From assembly GCA_963798845.1 (NCBI GenBank), contig CAWCUS010000003.1, forward strand, positions 133,151-197,150: 64,000 nucleotides of DNA. Direction: 5' to 3'. The notes beneath the pieces were generated by a model, which saw only the letters and a list, made by a program, of their open reading frames with translations, did not search any database and was not told the origin of the DNA. The translations under genes and the position numbers were made by a program. Positions 40,229 through 48,051 of the stretch are shown here, in pieces. Each line of letters starts with the position of its first letter. Within the stretch, counting starts at the first letter, position 1. Source of the stretch: an uncultured Gemmatimonadales bacterium. Lineage in GTDB: Bacteria; Gemmatimonadota; Gemmatimonadetes; Longimicrobiales; RSA9.

Positions 40229-40972
40229 TCATCGCAGCGCGCGCACGCGCACGTCGATCCCCTCTTCGCGCGCGAGGCGTCTCACGAGCTCCTGCGGGTC
40301 GGTGTCGCCGTAGTGGTACGGGTAGAGGATGCGCGGGCGGAAGGCGCGAGCGGCGTCGGCCACCATGTCGGGGGTCATGGTGTAGGGCAGGTTCATGGGA
40401 AGGAAGGCGACGTCAATGTCCTTCAGCGCCTTCATCTCAGGGGTCTCCTCGGTATCGCCAGCCACGTACACGCGCGTGTCGCCGAACGTGAGGATGTAGC
40501 CGTTGCCGCTGCCCTTCGGATGGAACGGGTGCCCCGGGGAACGCATGTGCACGAGGTTGTACGCCGGCACCGCCTCGATCGTGACTCCGTCGATCTCTCG
40601 CACGTCCCCGTTCTTCATCACCTCCGCGCCCTTCAGCCGTCCCTCGGCGGAGGAGCTGACGATGATCCGGGTGTCCTCCTTCCGAATCATGTCCACGGCC
40701 TTCGGATCCAGATGGTCGCCGTGCTCGTGCGTGATGAGGATCAGGTCCGCCTTGGGCATGACGCCGTAGTCGCCCTCCCGCGTCACGGGGTCGATGTGGA
40801 TCACCGAACCCGCGATACGGAACATGAGCGTGCCGTGGCCGATGAACGTCATCGTGAGGTCCCCGGCCGACGTGGGGATCACGTCCTCCCGGGGCATCTC
40901 CTGACGTCCGCCTTGCTGGGTCATGGTCCCCGCCGTGACGAGCGCGGTGATGAGCAGGTCGTGGGGCAGCAT
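40229..40972 (-). CDS. MBL-fold metallo-hydrolase
   Basis: THEHGDHLD, YVAGDT, YPYHY. Confidence 0.9.
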   Translation of the reverse strand: MLPHDLLITALVTAGTMTQQGGRQEMPREDVIPTSAGDLTMTFIGHGTLMFRIAGSVIHIDPVTREGDYGVMPKADLILITHEHGDHLDPKAVDMIRKEDTRIIVSSSAEGRLKGAEVMKNGDVREIDGVTIEAVPAYNLVHMRSPGHPFHPKGSGNGYILTFGDTRVYVAGDTEETPEMKALKDIDVAFLPMNLPYTMTPDMVADAARAFRPRILYPYHYGDTDPQELVRRLAREEGIDVRVRALR

Positions 40973-41084
40973 GCTGCGCCTCCGTTCATGGATGCCGTCC
41001 GTCCCGTGCGGTCGGGCCGCCGCCGGCCGCCGCCGCCGGCGTCACACGCCCGGGCGGATACAATACAACGCTGCGCCGCCCGTT

Positions 41085-42041
41085 TCACGCCACGACCCGC
41101 ACACGCAGCCGGTTCGCGGACGGATCGGCCAGCTCCAGGGTGTCGGGCGCGCCCGGTACGCCGCGTCGCTCGAACGCCCGGCCGTCGTCGCGCAGGCGAC
41201 CTGCCAGCTCGTCGACCGCGGCAACCGAGGGGAGTTCGAGGGTGAAGGACCGCAGGCCGGCGGCGTCCGCTGGGGGCGGCGGCGCTCCCCGGCCGGCCCA
41301 GGTGTTGACCGCGAGAGCGTGCGGCACGGAGTCGTCCAGGTGCAGGTCGGCCATGCCGATCGCGGGCATGTCCATGTTCTCGCGGAAGCCGATCACATCG
41401 CGGTAGAAGCGGAGGGACCCGGCGAGGCTCGCCACGTGGAGGTGGACGTGGCCGACGCGAACGCCGCCCGGAATGGGGTCGATCGGATCCATGTCGCCGG
41501 GGAGGTCGGCGAGGACGCCGCGGACATCCAGCGGCTCGCGTCCCGAGTGGAGCCGCCCATCCGCCGTCCGGGCCACGAACCGGCCGTTCTCCTCGACGAG
41601 ATGGCCGCGCCCCGGAGTCTCGAACGTGAGCTCGATCCCGTTCCCGTCCGGGTCCCACAGGTAGATCGCCTCGGTCTCCAGGTGGTCGGTGGGAGACACG
41701 GGCCACCGGTGCGACAGGAGCCTGGCCAGCGCTCGGGCGAACTCCGCCCTCCGCTCGAAGTGGAGCGCCACGTGGTAGAGACCGGTTCGCCCGTCCATCA
41801 CGGGAGCGGCGGCGCCCGGCACGAGGATCACGAGCGGCCGGTCCCCCGCCCCGAGCTGGAGATCGAGACCCCGCTCCGCCACGACATGGAGGCCGAGGAC
41901 CCGGGTCCAGAAGTCCAGGGAGCGATCGAGATCGGTCACGGCCAGCACGACCTCGCCGAGGCGAGTCCCTGCGGGCAGCCGCTGCGATCCGGCGGCCGGG
42001 CTTGCAGGCGGACCGACAACGCCGGAATCGAGCGCGCTCAT
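41085..42041 (-). CDS. VOC family protein (CatE-like catechol 2,3-dioxygenase)
   Basis: GLYHVA, DH...EAIYL.DPDGNGIEL, GHVHLHV, H.LAVNTW. Confidence 0.85.
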   Translation of the reverse strand: MSALDSGVVGPPASPAAGSQRLPAGTRLGEVVLAVTDLDRSLDFWTRVLGLHVVAERGLDLQLGAGDRPLVILVPGAAAPVMDGRTGLYHVALHFERRAEFARALARLLSHRWPVSPTDHLETEAIYLWDPDGNGIELTFETPGRGHLVEENGRFVARTADGRLHSGREPLDVRGVLADLPGDMDPIDPIPGGVRVGHVHLHVASLAGSLRFYRDVIGFRENMDMPAIGMADLHLDDSVPHALAVNTWAGRGAPPPPADAAGLRSFTLELPSVAAVDELAGRLRDDGRAFERRGVPGAPDTLELADPSANRLRVRVVA

Positions 42042-42150
42042 ACTTCCTCCGCGGCCGGAGCCGACGACCCGCCCGCTTCCGGAGTCACCGATGAGGGCGT
42101 TGCGCACTGGCGGAGTTCCCTCCCCCGCGGGCGCCGGGCCGGGCTCCGCG

Positions 42151-42969
42151 TCAGTCCGCCTCGGCCGTGGCCGCTCCGGCCATCTCCGCATCGGCTCCCG
42201 CTGCGGCATCGCGCGCGGCCGCCCGATCGCGCCGGCGCTCCACCATGCGCACGAGCCAGATGCTGAGCTCGAACAGGAAGAAGAGCGGGATGGCCATGAG
42301 CGTCTGCGTGAACACGTCGGGCGGCGTGAGGAGCGCGGCGATCACGAAGATGCCGACGATGGCGAACGGGCGGCTGCGGCGGAGCATGTCGGAGCGGACG
42401 ATTCCGAGGCTGCCGAGAATGAGCATGACCACCGGCGTCTCGAAGACGACTCCGAAGCCGAGCATCAGCTTGAGCACCAGCGCCAGGTACGGCCCGATCG
42501 TGATGTTCTGCTCCAGGCTCTGCGTCTGGAACCCCGTCAGGAAGCCCAGCGCGACAGGGAGCACGCCGAAATAGGCGAGCGCCACGCCCGCCAGGAAAAG
42601 GAGCAGACCGAAGTAGAGCGCCGGCACGATGGCGCGTTTCTCCGCCCGCCGGAGCGCCGGGGAAACGAACGCCCAGATCTCGTAGGTGATCACCGGGAGC
42701 GCCAGCAGGATGCCCACGCTCAGCGCCAGCTTCAGTGTGATCCAGAAGGGGTCGACCGGGCTGAGGTATTTGAGCTTCGAGCCGTCCAGATAGGGCTCGA
42801 TGGGGCGGATCAGGAGCGGGAGAACGGGGAAATGCGTGACCAGAAAGAAGCCGATCAGCATCCCGAGGACGAGCGCGATCAGGCTGCGCAGCAGCCGCCA
42901 CCGCAGCTCCTCGAGATGGTCGAGGAGCGGCATCTCCTCCGATTTCAGTGTCCGACCCCAGAGCTTCAT
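42151..42969 (-). CDS. tatC: Twin-arginine translocase subunit TatC
   Basis: MPLLDHLEELR.RL, WAFVSPAL...EK, FETP, TPPD. Confidence 0.96.
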   Translation of the reverse strand: MKLWGRTLKSEEMPLLDHLEELRWRLLRSLIALVLGMLIGFFLVTHFPVLPLLIRPIEPYLDGSKLKYLSPVDPFWITLKLALSVGILLALPVITYEIWAFVSPALRRAEKRAIVPALYFGLLLFLAGVALAYFGVLPVALGFLTGFQTQSLEQNITIGPYLALVLKLMLGFGVVFETPVVMLILGSLGIVRSDMLRRSRPFAIVGIFVIAALLTPPDVFTQTLMAIPLFFLFELSIWLVRMVERRRDRAAARDAAAGADAEMAGAATAEAD

Positions 42970-43234
42970 GGACTCCCCGCCTCGCTGCTCCACCGCCCCT
43001 TCGCGGCACCCGCCCTGCTACACCACCCCGCCCCCGGGGGTGCCGCAAGATGACGAATCCGGGTCGGCGGAGGTAGAGAGGGGGGGCCGGGCCAGGCCAG
43101 AATGGGCTGCGGCAATAGCCGGGCCCGCTGCCGGCGGCGGGGAGGACCGGTCGGGCGGCGGGCGGTGCCCGGGTGCGGTGGGCCCGGGTTGGGCCGGGTG
43201 CCCGGGTTCGGGGCCCGGGTTCGCGGTTCGGGAC

Positions 43235-43846
43235 TCAGCCGCCTTCGCCCTCCACGGACGCCGTCCGCTCACCGGAGCTGGTGGCCTCTCCGGATTCGCC
43301 GCTCTCCGCGCGGTCGCCCTGCTCCGGGTACCGCGCCTGCCAGCGGGCGTAGTCGGCCGGCGTCATCTTCTGCAGCTGACGCAGGAATGCGACAATGGCC
43401 CAGAGCTCACGGTCCGGATGGGTGGGGCCGAACGCCGGCATGCCCGTGAACTTCACGCCGTGTTTCGTGATCCAGAAGAGCTCGGCGTCAGTGAAATCCC
43501 CGGCCTCCTCCTTCAGGTCCGGCGGCTCGGGGTCGACGCCCTTCCCCAGCTCCCCCGGCCCCACGCCGGGCGCGCCATGGCACTGTTGGCACTCCTCGCG
43601 ATATTCGCGGAATCCGTGGGCGGAGATGGCCGGGTCGAACGGGGGCTGCTGCGGGACACCGTCGGCGCGGGACGCTATGGAGCGATCGGCGGTAGTCGCC
43701 AGGACCCATGCGGTCACGGGGCCGTGACCGCTGGTGGCCGAGATGTCGTACGCGCCGGAATACATGAACGCCAGTCCGGCGATGATGACGATGAGTGCGA
43801 GAGCGACCGCCGTTCCCACGACGATCTTCCAGAAACGTCCGTCCAT
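43235..43846 (-). CDS. Membrane-anchored monoheme cytochrome c
   Basis: N-terminal TM, SG.Y.I.A...H, CQQCHGAPG, LFWI.KHG.KFTGMP.F. Confidence 0.9.
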   Translation of the reverse strand: MDGRFWKIVVGTAVALALIVIIAGLAFMYSGAYDISATSGHGPVTAWVLATTADRSIASRADGVPQQPPFDPAISAHGFREYREECQQCHGAPGVGPGELGKGVDPEPPDLKEEAGDFTDAELFWITKHGVKFTGMPAFGPTHPDRELWAIVAFLRQLQKMTPADYARWQARYPEQGDRAESGESGEATSSGERTASVEGEGG

Positions 43847-44020
43847 CCATCCTCCTCGGCGACGCCCGCCGCCGGGGCGGTCCAGTCGGCGCGCGGGCAG
43901 GGGTCAGCCCTGGGCGAGGGCCGCAAACTTCCCGCCATGCCCACACGAACGCCCGGCGAAGCAGCGGGGCTCGCCGCATCGCCGGGCTGGGCGCCAGCGG
44001 GTCCCGGCCGGCAGGAGGCC

Positions 44021-44575
44021 TTACCCGGCCGTGGTGAACGTGAAGATCATGCCGTAGGTGTCGCTGTTCGGCCCACCCTGCCAGCCGTCGCCCATGTGGC
44101 TGCCCATGCCGGGCCCCATGCCCCCACTCATCATCCCGCCTCCCAGCATCTCGCCGGTGCACCAGTCGCCGCCCATGTCCGCGCCGTGCTCCCCGATGTC
44201 GACCGGGTTGCCGTCGGCGTCCATCATGCCCCCGCCCAGGTGGATCGTGTACTGCGTCGCCGGCTCGAGGGGCTGGTCGTGCGAAAAGACCAGCTGAAGC
44301 GAGTCGTCGGAGAACGCCCAGGTGCCGGCCACCTCCGGCCCCGTCACGCCTCCCTCGTGCAGCACCGCGTACTCCGCCATGGCCGGGTTCATGGCATGAC
44401 TGAACGCGATCACGACCGGCTCGTTCGGGTCCACGTCCGTCGCACCGCCCTGCGGGATCACGCTCAACAGCGCGGTCTCCTGCGCCAGCGGCGACGTCGC
44501 CCCCTCTCCACATCCGGCGTCCGCGGCCGCCGCGGCCGCCACCAGCACCATCACCCCCAGCCGTCTCGCCATCAT
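44021..44575 (-). CDS. Exported Ig-like (Big_5-like) protein with Met/Gly-rich loop
   Basis: P.GGATDV.P....I.FS..M, PL.P.T.YT, FTFTT; insert GEMLGGGMMSGGMGPGMGSHMG. Confidence 0.75.
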   Translation of the reverse strand: MMARRLGVMVLVAAAAAADAGCGEGATSPLAQETALLSVIPQGGATDVDPNEPVVIAFSHAMNPAMAEYAVLHEGGVTGPEVAGTWAFSDDSLQLVFSHDQPLEPATQYTIHLGGGMMDADGNPVDIGEHGADMGGDWCTGEMLGGGMMSGGMGPGMGSHMGDGWQGGPNSDTYGMIFTFTTAG

Positions 44576-44645
44576 AGCCGCGCTCCGTTCCCCTGCATGG
44601 TAGCCCGCATCGTCAAACCTCCCGTGAATCGTATCGAACCGTCCA

Positions 44646-44681
44646 TGAAGGCACGCTGAGGCGGAGGTGAAGACCTCTTCA
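44646..44681 (-). promoter_or_regulatory. Putative operator, copy 1 of copper-island motif
   Basis: Minus strand TGAAG-aggt-CTTCA-n6-CCTCA-n6-CTTCA. Confidence 0.65.
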
Positions 44682-44800
44682 TGGTCAGATCGCCCGAGGC
44701 GCGGCGCCGGGCCGGCCTGGCCCACGCCCCCCTCCGTGGCACGCACGGTGCTTCTCATCGGTGGACGGCCACCGGACCGATACCGACCAGGAGCACATTG

Positions 44801-46213
44801 ATGGACTGGAGCTTCCTCCACTTCCTCGCCCAGCCGTGGTTCGTCATCCCCTGGTACACGGTCGGCGCCCTCGGCGTCGTGTTCCTCGTCCACGACCTGC
44901 ATCGGAAGAACACGGCGCTGAAGCCGGCCATGAAGTGGGGCTGGCCCATCATCGTGTTCTTCTTCTCCGTGATCGGTCTCGCGCTCTACTTCACCACGGC
45001 GCGTGCGCCGGGGATCGGCGGGATCGAGGACCCCGAGGAGAAGAAGGAGGCGCACAACCGGTACGAGCAGGCCATGTGGCGCCGCGTGAATGGCGCGGTG
45101 ATCCACTGCGTGGCCGGAGACGGCTTCGGCATCATGACGGCCATGGTCATCGCGCGTGCGGCCGGGATGAGCTTCTGGGAGGAGTTCTGGTTCGAGTACG
45201 CGGTGGGCTTCGCATTCGGCTGGTTCATCTTCCAGCGGAAGTCCATGACCATGATGACGGACAGCATTCCGAAGCAGCTCGCCATGGCGTTCCGTGGCGA
45301 GTTCTTCTCCATGCTCACGGTCATGGGCGGAATGGGGGCGGTGATGACCTACGTCACGCCCATGGTGGCGACGTCGCAGCCCAAGCCTCTTACGTACGCC
45401 TTCTGGGGATTCGGCATGCTCGGGCTGCTGGCAGGATTCGTCTTCACCTGGCCCATGAACTTCATGATGGTCAAGCTCGGATGGAAGCACGGCATGGGCG
45501 GGATGGAAGGCGCGGAGAAGATGCAGGTGGAGGGCGCCGGCGCCAGGACGGGCCTCGTCGCCGCGATGTCGGTGCTCGGCGTGGCGGCCCTCTTCCTGGT
45601 GGCGTTCCTCACATACGCCCGCCACGGCTCCTCTCTGGAACGGGACGCCAGGGCCGTGGAGCCGGCGCGGGAAGGAGCGCCGGGGAAGGCGCTCTCCGCA
45701 GGGCTGGGCGCCACGCTCGATCGCGCTATCGACGGCCTGCGCCGCGGCGACTGGCACCGGGCTTCGGTCGCCATGGACGATGCCCAGCGCGCCGCCGAGG
45801 TGGGCGCCCATTCCGCCCCCGCAGCGTTCCATGCCGCCCTCGATGAGATCGACGCCGCACGCATCGCCTACCAGCAGGGGGACGAGGACACCGCCGCACG
45901 CCACCTCGCGCGGGCAAAGCAGGTGGCCGGCCCCGCCGGACGCGCGAAGCCACCCTTCCTGGAGCCGCACGTCTACCAGGGCGCGGCAGTCCTGGACCCC
46001 AGCGGCGCAGTGATCGGCGAGGTGGTCGCGGCCGCGCCGGAGTCGCTTACCATTGAGCTCGGCGGGTGGCACGACGCCTGGGGCTTCGCCGACCTTTCCG
46101 GAGGCCGCCGCGTCACCGTCCCCGTGAGCGCCGCGGCGTTCGGGCCGCCGCGCACCGTCGGCATGCGCCTGGTCATGGTCCCGACGGAGACGGCGGCGTT
46201 CTCCGAGCGCTGA
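44801..46213 (+). CDS. DUF4396-like Met-rich membrane protein with soluble C-terminal domain
   Basis: MKWGW, HCVAGD..GI, P.N...VK.GWKHGM. Confidence 0.8.
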   Translation: MDWSFLHFLAQPWFVIPWYTVGALGVVFLVHDLHRKNTALKPAMKWGWPIIVFFFSVIGLALYFTTARAPGIGGIEDPEEKKEAHNRYEQAMWRRVNGAVIHCVAGDGFGIMTAMVIARAAGMSFWEEFWFEYAVGFAFGWFIFQRKSMTMMTDSIPKQLAMAFRGEFFSMLTVMGGMGAVMTYVTPMVATSQPKPLTYAFWGFGMLGLLAGFVFTWPMNFMMVKLGWKHGMGGMEGAEKMQVEGAGARTGLVAAMSVLGVAALFLVAFLTYARHGSSLERDARAVEPAREGAPGKALSAGLGATLDRAIDGLRRGDWHRASVAMDDAQRAAEVGAHSAPAAFHAALDEIDAARIAYQQGDEDTAARHLARAKQVAGPAGRAKPPFLEPHVYQGAAVLDPSGAVIGEVVAAAPESLTIELGGWHDAWGFADLSGGRRVTVPVSAAAFGPPRTVGMRLVMVPTETAAFSER

Positions 46214-46270
46214 GCGGGCGCTGCACCCAGAGCTGGCTCCTCCGGCTTCGGGCGCCCGTTCCGCGGCCGG

Positions 46271-46756
46271 CTACGGATCCTCTGCCGGCTGCACCCGTCG
46301 CGACGACCAGTGGAGGGCCTCGATCTTCCAGCCTTCGGCGGCGCGAGCGAGGAGCATCAGCTCGGCCCCGGCGCTGTTCACAGGTCGGCCTTCGAACGTG
46401 CCGCGGCGGTGGCTGGTCGAGACCACCCAGGCGACGTCGCCCCGCACCTCGACCCGCTCCAGCCGCCCCTGCGCGGGCACGGCAGCGGCGAACGCCATGT
46501 CGGCCGGGAGGTGGTGCGCCACGTACTCGCTCCGGTCTTCCACTCCGCCGGCCTCGAGCACCAGGACGCCCGGCGCGAGCAGCCGCTCCACCGTGGCCGT
46601 GTCCGCTCGGGCGAGGGCGCGATGGAAGGCTTCCGCGACGGCGACGACCGCGCCGGAGTCGGAGGCGGCACCGTCCCCCACGGGGCGCCCCGACTGGGCG
46701 GCGACCGGCGCGGAGGCCACGAGCGGCAGGAGGAGTGCGGTCACGGATGGGCGCAT
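46271..46756 (-). CDS. Exported NTF2/SnoaL-like (DUF4440-type) protein
   Basis: Signal peptide, FH.AL...D, EY..HHL.AD..F, W.I...HWSSR. Confidence 0.8.
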   Translation of the reverse strand: MRPSVTALLLPLVASAPVAAQSGRPVGDGAASDSGAVVAVAEAFHRALARADTATVERLLAPGVLVLEAGGVEDRSEYVAHHLPADMAFAAAVPAQGRLERVEVRGDVAWVVSTSHRRGTFEGRPVNSAGAELMLLARAAEGWKIEALHWSSRRVQPAEDP

Positions 46757-46770
46757 GGGAGGCCTCGCGT

Positions 46771-47370
46771 TCAGTGGGAGTGTTCAGGTGTGCCGGTGGC
46801 ATGGCCCTGGCCGGCCTCGCCTCCCCCGTCTTCCGGCGACGCCTCGGCCCGCGCCACCATGCGCGAGTACGCCTGCGGCGTCATGTCCTGGAGGCGGCGC
46901 AGGAAAGCGACGATCGCCCAGATCTTGGGGTCCGCGTGGGTCGGCCCGAAGCCGGGCATCCCGGTGAACTTGAGGCCGTGCTTGATGACCCAGAAGAGCT
47001 CCCCGTCGCCGAGCTCGCGGGCCTCCTCCGCCAGGTCCGGCGGCTCCGGGTTCAGCCCCCTGCCGAGCTCGCCCGGCTCCACACCCGGAGCGCCGTGGCA
47101 CTCCACGCACATCTCCCGGTAATGGTCGAAGCCGAGGGCCACCATGGCCGAATCGAACGGCGGCTTCTCGCCCACGCGGCCCCCCCGGAACCGCACCGAC
47201 CGCTCCTGCGCGGTGCTCAGCAGCCAGCGCACCGGGCCGCTGTGCGGCGTCGTCGCGGCCACGTTGTAGAGGCCGGAGTACACGAAGGCGAGGGCGATCA
47301 CGGCCAGCACCACGAATGCGACAGCGGTCGTGATGGCGAGACGCTTCAAGAATCCACCGTTCATGGCCAC
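46771..47370 (-). CDS. Membrane-anchored monoheme cytochrome c (paralog of 43235-43846)
   Basis: SGLYNVAA..PH, CVECHGAPG, LFWVIKHGLKFTGMP. Confidence 0.9.
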   Translation of the reverse strand: MAMNGGFLKRLAITTAVAFVVLAVIALAFVYSGLYNVAATTPHSGPVRWLLSTAQERSVRFRGGRVGEKPPFDSAMVALGFDHYREMCVECHGAPGVEPGELGRGLNPEPPDLAEEARELGDGELFWVIKHGLKFTGMPGFGPTHADPKIWAIVAFLRRLQDMTPQAYSRMVARAEASPEDGGGEAGQGHATGTPEHSH

Positions 47371-47377
47371 CGCCGCA

Positions 47378-48040
47378 TCAATCGTGGCTCAGCGAGTAGA
47401 CGTAGGCGGCCACGGCGCAAACCTGTGCCTCGGAGATGCTGCTGCCGCCCTTTGGCGGCATGGGCGCCGGGTGCTGCTTCGGTGTCGGAACGCCCGTGGT
47501 CACCAGCCGGGCGATGGAGCCGTAGGCCCCGTCGATGTTGATCCAAGCGCTGTCCGCGAGATTCGGCGCCAGCGCCGTACCTTTCGCGTCCGCGCCGTGG
47601 CAGGCCTGACACGCGCCCGCACCGGTGAAGATGGCCCTGCCGCGCTCCACGAGATCCTGGCTCACGGCGGGGCAGCCGTTCGCTCCCTGCGCGGGCGCGG
47701 CCACCACCTGCGGCGCCTCGGCCCCGGCCTGCCCGCCCACCATCCGCTCGTGCATCGCCCCCATCTGCCCGCCCATCTGCCCGCCCATCTGCCCGGGAAT
47801 CTGCCCACCCATCTGCCCGGGAGTGACCCCACCCGTCGGACGGCTCGTCGGCGGCGGCGAGTTCGGAGGCGCCACGCCGGGCCCGTGCTGCCCGGCCAGT
47901 GTACCGGGGTCGGCCGGCACCGCCGCTGTCTCCGCTCCGGCCGACGCCACATCCTCGCCCGGCGGCGGGTTGTCCGAGCCGCCGCACGCCGTCAGCAATG
48001 CGGCCGCGATCACCACGCCTGCCAGCGCTCTTCCCTTCAT
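47378..48040 (-). CDS. Lipoprotein cytochrome c with Met-rich repeats
   Basis: Lipobox LTAC, GQMG repeats, CQACHG, PMPPKGG. Confidence 0.88.
   Translation of the reverse strand: MKGRALAGVVIAAALLTACGGSDNPPPGEDVASAGAETAAVPADPGTLAGQHGPGVAPPNSPPPTSRPTGGVTPGQMGGQIPGQMGGQMGGQMGAMHERMVGGQAGAEAPQVVAAPAQGANGCPAVSQDLVERGRAIFTGAGACQACHGADAKGTALAPNLADSAWINIDGAYGSIARLVTTGVPTPKQHPAPMPPKGGSSISEAQVCAVAAYVYSLSHD
47759..47822. repeat. 12-bp coding tandem repeat (GQMG)
   Basis: Plus-strand CCCATCTGCCCG units, about 5 imperfect copies. Confidence 0.8.
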
Positions 48041-48051
48041 CACGCCTCCTC

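Noticed and set aside
44576..46072. N-terminal part of the 683-aa minus ORF
   Set aside because: Antisense to the DUF4396 gene; the plausible start is near 44575.
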